Positions 40,270 through 53,056 of a stretch of DNA of 64,000 nt are shown here, piece after piece. Location of the stretch: NCBI GenBank assembly GCA_034780895.1, contig JAUZTB010000135.1, positions 44,886,781 to 44,950,780 of the forward strand, read 5' to 3'. The stretch's first letter is position 1, and each line of letters starts with the position of its first letter. The notes beneath the pieces are model-generated. The model searched no databases. It was not told the DNA's origin and was given only the letters and a program-made list of their open reading frames with translations. Made by a program: the position numbers and the translations under genes. This DNA is from Rhynchobatus australiae. Taxonomy: Eukaryota.

Positions 40270-40800
40270 ATGGGCAACACAAGTTCTTAACGTACTGGGT
40301 GCTTAGACAGTGCAACTTACTGATGTATCAAGTGGTCAAGGCAAATAGCATGGAACCATTTCATGGGGCATCATGGTAAGCATGCGAGGGAGAAAGGAAA
40401 GGAAGAGAATGCTGAAAGGGTCAAATGAAATAGGCTGCGAGTAAGCTTGTTTGGACCATAAATGCTGACATAGACCAGATGGATCAACTGCCCTGTCCGT
40501 TCTTTAAATACAAACTGCATGAAACGAGGGAGCATAAACAAAGGTTTGTCACCCCACAGTTCATATATAGATGAAAAATTTCTTTACACGAAGAGTGGTG
40601 AATAAATGGATGTCGCTGCCACACAGTGGAGTCAGTTAACATCAGTACATTTGCAATGAGACTTCATTGGAATAGAAGGTCATGGGTGGTGAGCAATGGT
40701 AGACTTGAAGGAGGTAATTAGAGGGCGAGGAGGCCTGTGTTGAATATAAGCACTGCACGAGGTGCATTAAACGGCCCACTTCTATGTTGCAGATTCTATG
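40270..40800 (+). mobile_element. Two adjacent CR1 3' fragments
   Basis: ttctttacacgaagagtggtgaat…tctatgttgcagattctatg tail. Confidence 0.6.
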
Positions 40801-41094
40801 CAAGTCTTTGTTTTTGATTGGTTCTAGGTATCACACCATTCTCAATGGCTAGAGGAAAGCAAGCCGATAAAGGCAGATTTTTATTAATACAAGATATTCT
40901 TGCTCATCCAGTGATCGCTAGACATGCCTTACCTAAAAGACACACCGAAGTTTGATGTCTCTTTCCAAATCTGCTGTTACATTCAAACAAAGAGGAATTC
41001 CATATTTTTTGGTGCTGCTGTCTAACACATGTTTATGCCAATGATATCATCCTATTTAAGTGATAGAAGGAACATTCCTCTGCCACGGACTCAC

Positions 41095-41175
41095 CTGCCT
41101 TTGTTGGGTAGTTCTGTCCTTCAGTAAATACTTGGAAGTTGTCATGAGGTCGTAGTGATGGGATATCTGACTGGT
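41095..41175 (-). CDS. CD226: Candidate extra stalk (cassette) exon of CD226
   Basis: Acceptor ttttccttttatataag, donor CAG|gtgagt, 81 nt, symmetric phase 1-1, open: (D)QSDIPSLRPHDNFQVFTEGQNYPTKA. No homology support. Confidence 0.5.
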
Positions 41176-44100
41176 CTTATATAAAAGGAAAACAGTGGAA
41201 CTGGTAACTATTCTATTAAAGATGATAAGCCCAGCTACAGTCCAGTACATACATGCATATATTAAGCAGAAGGTGCACAAGAGTTAGTTGATTTAACAAT
41301 CTTTCTCTATAATTTCTTTTGGTTGACCTGTTAAAGATTAACTGCAAATATATTAGTATCAGTCAGTCTCTCATCGCCAAGTACACATTGAATGACACTT
41401 CCTCCAGACTAAAGTACCACAGAGTCCAAACTATGTCAGTGGAAATAACCAGTGAGATAGAGTGATTACATACAACAAAGAAAATAACATTAAAAAAAAG
41501 GACAGGATGTTACTGGTAGTAGCAAGCTGATATTTTAAAACGATAAATGAGAAACGTATTCAGTGATGTTTGCAACAAAGAATTTTACTACATCAAAATA
41601 TAACAAAAGGTCATATATTTTCATGGTGAACCAATAACAAAACATATGTGGAAGGAAAGCGTATTCAAGTGTATGGCTTTCCTGTTGATAGTGACTTGCC
41701 TTGCAGTAGGTTTGGTTGTGGCCAGGTCTACTATCAGTCAAGTCTAAGATTGCAAAACATTTTTCAAAATAATCATACATCATTCTGACATCTAAAGCTT
41801 TTTCTAACACTTTTTATCTCACATAGATAGCTTAATGGCAGTTTTTCTAAGCCAGCTACCTTTCCTACAAGCTGACATGTAAATCATTTTACTTACACAA
41901 TCTGAACATTAACAATTAACTGTGTTCAAAAGCAACACCTAGTTTAACATTTGAGAAGATATCATATATTCACACCGTTGGATAATTGTTCAACAGTCAA
42001 AGCCAATGGCCAGATATATCACAAATAACCCAATTCACCGAAGCAGAGACGGGGCAAATTACAATTTACTACACACAGTAATTTATAATCCAGTAATGAA
42101 GGCAGGTTTAAAATAAATTATATTTATGCAGTCTCTTTCACCAAAGTCTGAAAATGACACATTCCATAAAATTTAGTTGCTGCTTAAAACTTCATGTCAT
42201 GTTACTTCTCCTCAATATAATTGCTAAATGCTGTTATTCTTAAATTTGAAGACCACTTTTTTCTTTGAAATCCAAGCAATTTCTTTAATTATAGTTTATT
42301 ATTATAAACACCATAGCAGCATTGTCACATCACAATCCAAATCCCCAAGCATAAATTTATGAAGATCCAGTTACTCAGTCGGATTNNNNNNNNNNNNNNN
42401 NNNNNNNNNNNNNNNNNNNNNNNNNNNNNNNNNNNNNNNNNNNNNNNNNNNNNNNNNNNNNNNNNNNNNNNNNNNNNNNNNNNNNNNNNNNNNNNNNNNT
42501 TCTGCTTCAGTATAGATTAAACACAAAGTATTTTTAACAAATCCCACAAACATCAGCTTTCCATGTGGCTTGTACTTCACAAACAAATGCTACCATGGAA
42601 TAATGGACATTTCATAAAGACATCCCAGAATCATAGAATGGTCCAAAACATGGAGTTAGCAAGATGATTAAAAACTTAAGTCAATCCAAGAAGTATATTC
42701 CTATTTTTTTGTTACAGGAATGTCATTAACCGACTCAATCATTTTATTCCACCTGGCCCACAAACTCGCTGTGTCCCACACCAAACTCAGGTTAGGTGAA
42801 TAGGACACACAGCTTCTATTAGAGTGGAGTTGTCTCTTAACCAGATAACTCAATATCACATTTTGAAAACAGTTTGTTTCAAGTTTAGCCAAGACTGAGT
42901 ACTGGGTTATTATAATAAAACTTTAAATCAGCTGAATTTTTATTATTCAGTTTTCAATTAGGGAAAAAATGTGTTTTCTAAATATAGTACATTCAATAGG
43001 ACATTGTCCATGGAATATAGAGTTTAACAAGTGCAATAAAAATATAAAATTGCTCTTAACATTTCCTCTGACTCAGTCCATTTTCTTTTCCGCCCTAGAA
43101 TTGGTCTATGCTGTCCTATAAGGTTTCATTCTGTGAACCAGATCACGAAGCCTTTTCATAAATAGGTTAAAATGGCTGAATACAATAACTGAGGGCTTGT
43201 TGACAAGTAACTGAGTGGACAGTTAGTTTACATATGAGACCAACGTGGTGGATTTGGGATACAGTTTTATGACAAATGCATTCCCAAATTCAATCTCCTG
43301 ATACAACAATCTGTCACATAGAATAAGTATGAACTATGTTTGAAATCATTAAGCTGCTTTATATTTTCCCAAGACATAAGAAGATTTATTTTTATTAAAA
43401 AGATACTGATAGGCATGAAGATCTATTAAAAAATGTCTTGAGTGGATATGAAAATGAACTATCTCCACAGAAATGTGATCATTTCTGGTTCAGGGAAGCC
43501 CACAATCCCATTCTAGTCGTTAAAAGAATATAAATAAAGAAATAATTAAATGTTTAGTTGAGTTGCTGACCATACTGAGTAATATTCCAGCAGTGAATGA
43601 GGGGATGTTCAATTTAATGCCTTACTATTATGAAATTTCATAAGCCATTTTATAGTTTTCTTTCAAAACTTATGCAGCCAAGAAGAAAATATAAAACATA
43701 ATTTTTAGTGGGTATAAGACAACAGTAAGTCACAGGATTCTGTGTGGAACACAGGGAAAACGAAAAGTATTTGACCTGGGACCTTCATATATACCTCCAT
43801 GAGATTGATAAAGGTCCAGCAAGTGGATATCTGTCCAATCCTTTACTGTGCAGTACTTAAGAAGAGGGGAAAAAAAATATCCAGAAGACCAGAATGACAA
43901 AAACCTTCTAGCACAACAAAAACAAGCCACCCCCACCCCGACCAACCTAAACTATCATGGACTTGTATTGCCTTCTGAGAAATTCCTTCCTGATCTCTGA
44001 AGGCAATAAACAAAATCAAAGTATACATCTATTTATATGTCTTCACTGTACATCCCAGGCTGGTCAAGGCACCACACACTTCCTCACTCCACAGAGCTTC

Positions 44101-44452
44101 TGCTTAGCTTCTGCTCTACTTAACTTTTAACTTCCAATCCACATGAGGCAAAAAAAAATCCATGCATCTTGATCCATTTTTATTTTATTCTTATGACCTC
44201 TGGTTCAGAATTCACAATCCGAATTAAATGATGTGTTTTATCTCTGTGCCTGTCAGTATTTAAAATAAAATCTATATCATTTTTTCATCACTTCTTTCTC
44301 TAATAAAAGTGAGTTCAGATCTACTGGGATTTTTCTAAATTAGAACGAGAAATGACAATTACATTCTTGAATTATCCCTGCCACAGAAGAGCTGGGGAAG
44401 GAGAAGCAATGGCTAAAATGGATAAAAATAGACTCTTTATCTTAACGCTTAC

Positions 44453-44797
44453 CTCTTCCCACACCGACGTCAAAGACTTTGGTCCAGTTTCCATCATTCA
44501 TGATAACTTGACAGTGATATCTTCCCATATCATTTGCTGTCACATTCTGTATGGTCAGACTGATGTTTGGAAAGTGTGAGCAGCTACACTGGATTCTTTC
44601 CTTGTAGTCATAGCCAATGAATAATGATGGACTTGTGAAGTCTTGATGAAATATTGTGTTTATTTCTTCTTCAGTCACTTGTTTCCACATCACCTGTTGA
44701 ACATGGCTCCCATTTGGATTTTCACAGAATAAGGTCATATTGCTCCCTGGTACCAATCGTATGTGAGTGTCTGCTGCTCGACCTCTGGAAAATTTTG
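44453..44797 (-). CDS. CD226: CD226 Ig domain 2 exon
   Basis: Acceptor atatttttaaag, donor G|gtaagc, 345 nt, phase 1-1. …LVPGSNMTLFC…VQQVMWKQ…CSH…ISLTIQNVTANDMGRYHCQV…; canonical C-W-DxGxYxC. Confidence 0.92.
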
Positions 44798-45059
44798 CTT
44801 TAAAAATATTTTAAAAAGGCAATTAGTAGAACACAATTTGATATCTGGTATCATCATGTTCAAATTTTGAGTCAGTTTGAAGTGAGCTAGATTGCTTTAG
44901 TTCACTGCATCATTGTCAGCAGATGGTTAGCTTTGAGTTGGAAAAATGCACACATTTTTTCTAAAAAAAAATTAAAATATTGGAGAACTGTCACCTATGG
45001 CCTTCTCAGTAACCAATGAGCTGGCAGTTTCAATCACTTCAAAGCAACAAGATGTTCTG

Positions 45060-45770
45060 AAGTCATAAACTTGCCAGTTGGTACTAATTAACAATTTGAT
45101 TGGATTGGTGCAACTGCATGACTACTTGATGGTAAAGCATCAGGATTGGAATATAACTTTGAGCAGAACATTGTATCTCATATACTTGCTGGAATAGAGA
45201 ATTGTTGAATTCAATGTTTGGTCCCAAGGACTGCAGCATGCCCAGTTGGAAGGTGAGATGATATTCCTCAAGTTTCGTTAAAACAGAGGAACTCTGCATT
45301 CCTAATTTCAGATAAGCTGCCTTCTGTGTTTGAAGACCCTCATCCTGTAATTTTAACTATTTTTTTCTCTCCCCACCATTGCAGCTGACATAAGAATTTC
45401 CAAAACTCTCACTTTTATTTCAGATTTCCAGCAACTGCAATGTTTAATATCTCACTATTCTATGACTTTTTTCTCTCTCCTCTGTCCATTTTCATCTTCT
45501 TCAATCTAAAGAGCAACTGCAATGAACAAGCCCCCACCACACTCTTACAACCACAACTATGGCATTTACTCTGGTATCTACCCTATCACAGGCATTCCCT
45601 TTGACTTCTCCACCTCTCAAACTTTTCTACCAGGTAAAGCATGTTTAATTTCTAAGGTATTTAGTTCTGATGAAAGATCATCAACTTCAAGCACTAACTC
45701 TGTTTCTCTCTCCACAGATGCTGTCCGACCTGCTGAGTATTTCTAGCATCTATAGTTTTATGATTTTAGA
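45060..45770. mobile_element. Penelope-like element pieces in inverted arrangement
   Basis: Minus strand KLEEYHLTFQLGMLQSLGPNIEFNN (PLE C-terminal EQHLIFRLGTLQPxGLN). Plus-strand terminal repeat ttctgatgaaagatc…ctctccacagatgctg. Confidence 0.7.
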
Positions 45771-45799
45771 TTCCAAGACTTCTCTGAGAATTACCACTC

Positions 45800-47230
45800 C
45801 AGAGTCATGGATAAATAGTCCAATTTGTCAGATTACTGGTCCCATTCTGTTCTTCCTGACATAGATGGTCATCTTGTCTCAATGCCTTCTCTTATTATAG
45901 TTTTATGTTCCCACACTTTGGTTGATACCTTGGTCAACTAGTATTTTACTATACCTAAATTCTAGTGCCTTCTCCAAATACTATTCAATCATACACAGCT
46001 TTCTATTGGACCTAAATTGTGCACCCCTATCTCCAAGTCCTTTATTCCAAAAGTAAGCTCCCAATGCTTTCTTAAATCCTTGAACCTTTGTCCAGATTCT
46101 TAATGAGCATTGCAAAAACCCAACACCCTTTCCAATTTTCCATTAGGACATCATCACATTGGCCTGCACTTGTTTATCGACTGGCTTTATGTAGCCCTTG
46201 CAATCTTCTACCCTGAAGAAATGAGCTATCCTTCAACTTGTTCAGTGGCTTGCACCCTATCTGCTTTGATTTTTGCTGCAGTGTTTTTCCACTGTGTCTA
46301 TGCCGAGCACCTTTCCCATGGCCACATCCTTTCTGTGATTTCACTTCTGACCCTCTCAGGCACTTTCCATCTCACCTTGTACCATTGGTTCACTGTGTTA
46401 TCCCTTTTCCCGGAGGTCAGGCATCTGTCCCTCCTTCACTTCAGTGTACCAAATCAAAAGCCAAGCAAATAATCCTGGAGTAAAAGGAGACCTGCCTGAC
46501 TGCTCCTACACATTTTCCACTCCACCAGTCATGGAGCTCAAACAAATTTTGCTTAGTCCAAGTACCCTAATCCAGTCCCTTCCCAATATCATTGGTTTCT
46601 GGATGTAGTCGGCTACAATTATCAGCAGCTCCACTGCCTCGTCATTTTGAGCTGCTGTACATCTTGGTGTTCCCCATATTCATCCAAAATACGTGCACAG
46701 TAGGACAATGGCTTTAGCAACTACTTAGATAAAGTAGTCTCTCACACAATTACTGATTTTTCTGCTGTAGTATCTCTTAATTTAAATTTCCTTGTCTTCT
46801 CACATGAGCACCAATCAGCATGCATTCCTTCATGTCTTTATTCATTGCTATTATTTAAGGTACCTCTTGGGCTTTGGTCTGCAACTTTGTTTCCCCAGTC
46901 TGTGAGGCATACGCAGACTGTAAATAGCCATATTTTCTTTCTGCTCTTGCAAACTTCTGCTACGTGTCCTGTTTTATTGCAATTATAACAGCAGGCTGTT
47001 TGGAATCGCAAATGGTGGTACAAATGCACCCTTAATACCATGTGCTTTGAGGTTTTTCACCTTCAGAGTCCATGTGGTTTGTTGCAGTCCTTGTTGGCTT
47101 TCATGTAACCAGGGTCCCGTGAAGAAGACATGGTTAATGTGCCCATTATTGCTGCTGTAACACTGTGCAGTGCTCTGATATTTGCATCCTTAGCTGACCT
47201 AAGCTTTCTGTCATTAGTCAGTTCCACTAC
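45800..47230 (-). mobile_element. Ty3/Gypsy LTR-retrotransposon remnant (gag zinc knuckle, protease)
   Basis: RFQTACCYNCNKTGHVAEVCKSRK (CCHC) and KPMILGRDWIRVLGL (protease LLGRDW). Confidence 0.7.
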
Positions 47231-47689
47231 AATGTTAATTCTATGTACAATAGTAAATCAATAATCAAGCACCACAGCCATTACCCTGTGGCAAGGATAC
47301 TGTATCACTACAGGAGCAGAAAATACTCATTGCCATAAGATTATTTTTTATGGGTAGATTAGTTATTACTTCTCCATAATTACATTTTATGTGCCTTTAC
47401 ATTCCCTTGCCCTCTATCTTAATGTATCTGATGACAACTCACTTCTATATTCTAACATGCTTTAAAGGAACAGATTGATGATGTCTGAATCGCAGTAACA
47501 GAGACAGAAATAAATGAGAATGCATTAATGGCAATAGTGGGCATCAGCCACAAATGGAATTGAATCCCATTCCCCTAATTCCTACAAATGTAATGTTTTA
47601 CTTCATTGCAAATTATTCACAAAGCCATTTCATGCACCCAGTGTGGATTCTTCCAGAGGATAATTGTACCCAGGGAGGATAAAAGGGAA

Positions 47690-48100
47690 ACTCGTGTGGG
47701 GGGAAAAAAAAGCCTGAAGGAACTGGAACCAATTCCACTGGATCCAGAAGACCCAAGATGAAATGTAATGGAAGCTTTTTAAGTTATAGAAGGTATTGGT
47801 AAAATATGGAGAGAAAGGCCATCCCCTCTAGCTCTGAGTCAGTAACACAGGGCCATCAATTTAAAATTGATAAGAAAAAGGAGAAGGATTAAGAAAAACT
47901 GTATATTCCTGAAATTAAGTTTTTAAGAGTAAGGAATAATTTACCAAAATGAATGATTGAGAAGTGACTATTCAGACTTTTGGGGGAGAGAACAGAATAA
48001 ATCTTTGAAGTAGTTGAAGATGCAATGATATAGGTGGCGAAATGGGAGGTGGAGTTAGTTTTTGATTGCTTTATCAAAGCACAAGAAATCAAACAGCTCA
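47690..48100 (+). mobile_element. CR1 3' fragment
   Basis: gagtcagtaacacagggccatcaatttaaaatt pattern. Confidence 0.55.
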
Positions 48101-48166
48101 CCTCTCAATCACCACCACCCTCAGCATAGAAAAACTGATTCTATAGGTTGAAGCATTGTATCTTAC

Positions 48167-48499
48167 CTGGGTTCATTATTTCAATTTTTTTCTGCAATGT
48201 CCCAGCAGGAAAAGTATTAATGAAACATTTATAAATGCCCTCATCTGCTGCTGATGCGTTCAACATAATATCTCCATTGATGAATGGTGACAAAAATTTA
48301 ACACTGTTGTTATATGCAGGAGATATGCTCTTTCCAAGTTTAGGGTGAAATACAGCAATGCTCTTCTTCCAACCATTTACATTCTTCTCCCAGGACAGCT
48401 GGGTCAACTTGGTTGTCTGAGGAAATGCACACCTCAGCTTGATTACATCCTGAAGTTTAATTGTGGAGTCAATATTCTGGTGCTCTTTGCAATTCACAC
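48167..48499 (-). CDS. CD226: CD226 Ig V domain 1 exon
   Basis: Acceptor ttgatatttcag, donor G|gtaaga, 333 nt, phase 1-1. …KLRCAFPQTTKLTQLSWEK…IAVFHPKLG…DEGIYKCFINTFPAGTLQKKIEI. Carries PVR/nectin-family signatures LTQ, AX6G and TFPxG. Confidence 0.93.
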
Positions 48500-48659
48500 C
48501 TGAAATATCAAGAAATTAGAAGCTTACCACAGGGAAACTGCAATGTTCAGTGTAATACATGCTTCACAATGCCATTACTGCCTCGTAAACATCAGGATCC
48601 AGATTCAGAGTTGTTATTTTCTACTCGGTTCCAAATGGAAGGCTCATGGGAAATTACAA

Positions 48660-49460
48660 ACATTGAAAATGCTGGAACTATCAACAATATCTTCACCTGG
48701 TCCAGCCACATAGATGCTATGGCCAAGGAAACATCAGTGCCTCTACTTCCTCAGAAGCCTAAGGTAATTCGGCATGTCCCTAAGGACCCTCTCCAATCTT
48801 TACAGACATACCAATAGGAAGCATCCTATGTGGATGCATCACAGCTTGATAACTGCACAAGACTGCAACAAATTGCAGAGAGCTGTGAACACAGCCCAGT
48901 CTATCATGAAAACCAGTCTCCCCTCCATTGACTCGATTTATATTTCCTGCTACCTAAAGAAAGTAGCCAACATGGAACAAAGAACGTCGAAAACCTACAG
49001 CACAATTCAGGCCCTTTGGCCCACAAAGTTATGCCGAACATGTCCCTACCTTAGAAATTACTAGGCTTACCCATAGCCCTCTATTTCCCTCCGTATAATA
49101 ATAAAAGACATCTCCCACAATGGTCATTGTCTCTTCTCTCTCCTTCGATCGGGCAGAAGGTACAAAATCTTGAGAACACAGACCACCAGGCTCAAGGACA
49201 GCTTCTATCCCGCTCTTATAAGTCTCTTGAATGGACCTCTTGTACGAAAAAGGTGAACTCTTGACCTCACAATTTACCTCATCATGGCCCTTGCACCTTA
49301 ATTGTCCTGCACTGCACTTTCTCTGTAACTGTAACACTACATTCTGCATTGTTATTGTTTTTCCTTTTATACTACCTCAATGTACTTATATTTGGAATGA
49401 TCTGTTTGGATGGCATGCAAACAAAGCTTTCGTTTAATGTGACAATAATAAGCTAATTAC
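48660..49460 (+). mobile_element. Rex1/Babar LINE with nested CR1 tail (48975-49087, -)
   Basis: LQRAVNTAQSIMKTSLPSIDSIY…; accaccaggctcaaggacagcttctatccc; gtgacaataataa tail. Confidence 0.8.
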
Positions 49461-50189
49461 TAAATTACCATTTGCCAACGATACAGACAAAGGTATATCT
49501 AGTTCATCTTTCAATAACCTTATATAAATGATAACTTTTATCAATTAATCTTCATCAAATCAAAAATTGTCAANNNNNNNNNNNNNNNNNNNNNNNNNNN
49601 NNNNNNNNNNNNNNNNNNNNNNNNNNNNNNNNNNNNNNNNNNNNNNNNNNNNNNNNNNNNNNNNNNNNNNNNNNNNNNCCAATTTGCATTTGAAAGAATC
49701 AGTATAAATTGCTTCCATTTTCTTCCTGCGGACTCTGTTCCGTGAGAATTTGTTCACTGAAATAGCGTTTCTGCAGAAAAGATTTGAATTTACACCCAAC
49801 CATCACTTCCCCATTGATTAAGCCCATTAGTTATTTAAATATTTTACATGCAGGTAGTTTTTTTTGTTCAAATTAGAGCTTTTCAGTTTCTCCAATCAAG
49901 GTCCAAACTATTTGTGCTTCTCAGTTAGAGACAGAAAAAAAGCAAAGAAAAAAGTAACTCCATTAAGACCGTGATATCCACCACTTTCAGCAGCTGTGTA
50001 CAGTTCACGATATTATATTCAGCGTGAAAAGGGTCAGAAACAACTTTTGCTGATGCCTGAAAAGAAACCTGCTTAATTTATATGGGTAATTTCAATGTTC
50101 ACATTAATCTGGAAATGGGCGATTTCTCTCTTTTCCCAGGCACCTCCTCTTAGCAGACTACTTGAGAATTTGGACCTCTTTTGCTGCTA

Positions 50190-50465
50190 GCATGGAACAT
50201 AGAGCAATACAGCACCAGAAGACATCCTTTGACCCATAAATTCTGTGCTGAACATAATGCCAAAATCTCTTTTGCCTGCACATGATCCAGATACCTCCAT
50301 TGCCCACATATTTGTGTGTCTATCTCAAAGCCTCTTAAATACCACTAGCGTATCAGCTTCCACCAGTACCCCCGACAGCCTATTCCAGGCACCTATCACT
50401 CTCTGCGTAAAATATCTTGCTCCACACATCTTCCTTAAACGTTCCCCCTCTCACCTTAATTGCAT
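50190..50465 (-). mobile_element. CR1 3' fragment
   Basis: gaacatagagcaatacagcac…attccaggcacctatcactctctgcgtaaaa. Confidence 0.75.
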
Positions 50466-52384
50466 TGAAGATGTATTTTTCCATTAGAATAAAGCATGAG
50501 GTGTGAAGTCAGTCTCCTTCTCGAGAGTCAGTCACTCATGCCTCTGGTGAGCCCTGACCAAGTACCCTGCATGTGGTGGTCTAAGATACTGTGGTCAGGA
50601 GAAGGAGAGGAGGGGAAAGTTTATGGAGCAGTTGAAAATGACAATGGATCGATTTCTCTTCATCCATACCAAGGTAATGGGAATGAAATTGTTAATCCTG
50701 CAACTGAGCTATTGCTTTTTCCTAATGCTAATAACTGTCACTTCATGTTTCCATGGAAATGCAGATGAGAATGCGATTAACCATTAATTGAACTTCTGGT
50801 CCTCTGACCCTCTGGATCGACCTGATTGGATAAGTCCCAGATCGAGTATTCATCTTGTATTGATCTGGAAGAATTCTGTGTTTTTGATGATGTTTTTCTA
50901 CCAGCTTTTCACCAGTTGAATATTTCACCAACTGGTGCCCTGCTTTTATGGTGATGATTGCATCTTTATTCTCTCAGAAGTCTTGAACTAACATTTATAC
51001 TTATGCACAAGTTTAATTGGGACCTGGTCTTGTGAGGATAATTATGATGTGATTACTGGGCAGGGTGCCTCCCAACTTTAGCTTTTTACCACTTTTGTTT
51101 TATGGTCCCCAGCTTTAGGCCAAGACAGCCATTCAAATTTTGTTTAAACAACTTGGCCATCTTTTGTGAGATTTGGAATTATCAATATCATATCTGGTAT
51201 CCAAATGGGCTTTCCTATGCATAGGGTGAAGTGATTGTGTTTTCTGCAAAATATCTACATCCAAAACAATATCAAAAATTATCTTTCTGTAAGCATGTTC
51301 AGGAAGCAATATTTAACTACTACTGCTAATCAAACTAATTCTATCCAGCAAGTTTATTTATGGCACTTCAAAGAGAGCTTCCATTAAAAAGCACAAAACA
51401 AATTCAGCAGTGAGAATGGAAACACAAGAGACTGCAGATGCTGGAAGCTGGAACTGAGTTCCTCCACTCGGCAGTGAGGATGTAGCATCTGAGATGCACA
51501 GCCAGGCCCTCCACACTGTACTCTTATCTCGAGAAATGTGCAGAACAGCTATTTTCCTATCTTACAAAATGTCATGTAAACTGCATGCAACTCTAGCCCC
51601 TGAGAGGGAAAGAGAGCACAGCAACTGAACACAAGCTGAAGCAGGGACAAAACATGCCAGCAAGCAGCACGATGGGAAACAGATCTCCAGCTGTTAGACA
51701 GATGCCCTCTGTCGTGTTAGCACTGGGCAACTCCCAGCAATCACAGGCAGCCAGCAGGCCATGAACCCCGCAGCCAGCTTACCACCATCTGCGTTGCCGA
51801 CCAATCGGCCACATCTGTAGCACCAGGTGATAGTGGAAGAGCACTGGTCTGTCTCAGTCTCTCTCTGCCCATAGATACTGAGCAGAGATGTACACAGGGA
51901 TCTAAATCTGCCTGCATTTGGAGGGGTGCATTAGACAGGCACTTATTTTATGGTCATAATATAGAGAGACAGGTGTGAAGCTGTGCTCCTGCTTACTCAC
52001 CCTTATCCTCTGCATGTTTACACTGCTGGGCCTCGCTAGCATTTTTTCTCATTATAACCAGCAGCTGCAGTATTTTATTTCAGGATTATGGGAACAGTGG
52101 CAGCACTGGGCATCTTCACCCGTACAGGAGTGGAAATGAGAGCAATGCAAGATGAACTGTCAGCTTTCACCATAAACCTCCTGATCAAAATAGAACTGAG
52201 AGTCTGAGGCGTTCTCCAATCAATTCCGCCTGCTTGTCCTGTTCTGATGGGGGGGGTGGGGGGATTCACTGACCTGAAACATAATGTTTGCTTCTCTCTG
52301 CACAGTGAAATGTCTTGCTGAGTATCACCAACACTTTCTATGCAGATATAGTTGCTGCAAGAGAGGAAGGATGTCATTGAACTG

Positions 52385-53056
52385 AAAAGGGTGATGAAAG
52401 GATACACTGGGATGTTACTGGAGGGCTAGAGTTATAAGCAGAGACTGGATAGGCTGAGACTTTATTCCCTAGAGTGCATGAGGATGAGGGATGACCATAT
52501 AGAGATATGTAAAGTCATGGGGGGCTTGAATAAGGTGAATGGTCATAGTCTTTCTCCCCAGGGTAGGGAAGTCTAAAACTAGAGGATATAAATGTCTCAA
52601 CATTCTCCCCGTAACCCTTAACCAATCTAGGATCTATCAGTCTCTGCCTTAAATATACCCAATGACTTGGCTTTCACAGCCCTCTGTGGCAATGAATTCC
52701 ATAGATTCACCACCCTCTGGCTGAACTCATCTCGGTTCTAAAGGGACATTCCTTTATTCTGAGGCTGTGCCCTCGGATCCTAGACTCTCCTACTAATGGA
52801 AACATCCTCTCCACATCCACTCTATCCAGGCCTTTCAGTATTCAGTGAGTTTCAATGAGATCCCCCCCCTTATCCTTCTGAACTCCATCGATTACAGGCC
52901 CAGAGACATAAAACACTCCTCATACATTAAGCCTTTCATTCCCGGGATCATTCTTGTGAACCTCCTCTGGACCCTCTCCGGGGCCAGCACATTTCATTAG
53001 ATACAGGTCCCAAAATTGCTCCCAATATTTCTAATGCGGTCTGACCAACGCCTTAG
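52385..53056. mobile_element. Two CR1 fragments in opposite orientation (52385-52590 +, 52600-53056 -)
   Basis: gagttataagcagagactggataggctg…; ctctgtggcaatgaattccatagattcaccaccctctgg. Confidence 0.8.

Noticed and set aside
41056-41280. Hydrophobic ORF (YWTVAGLIIF) as the CD226 TM exon
   Set aside because: No compatible acceptor or phase; the exon at 32551-32632 has proper splice sites and phases.
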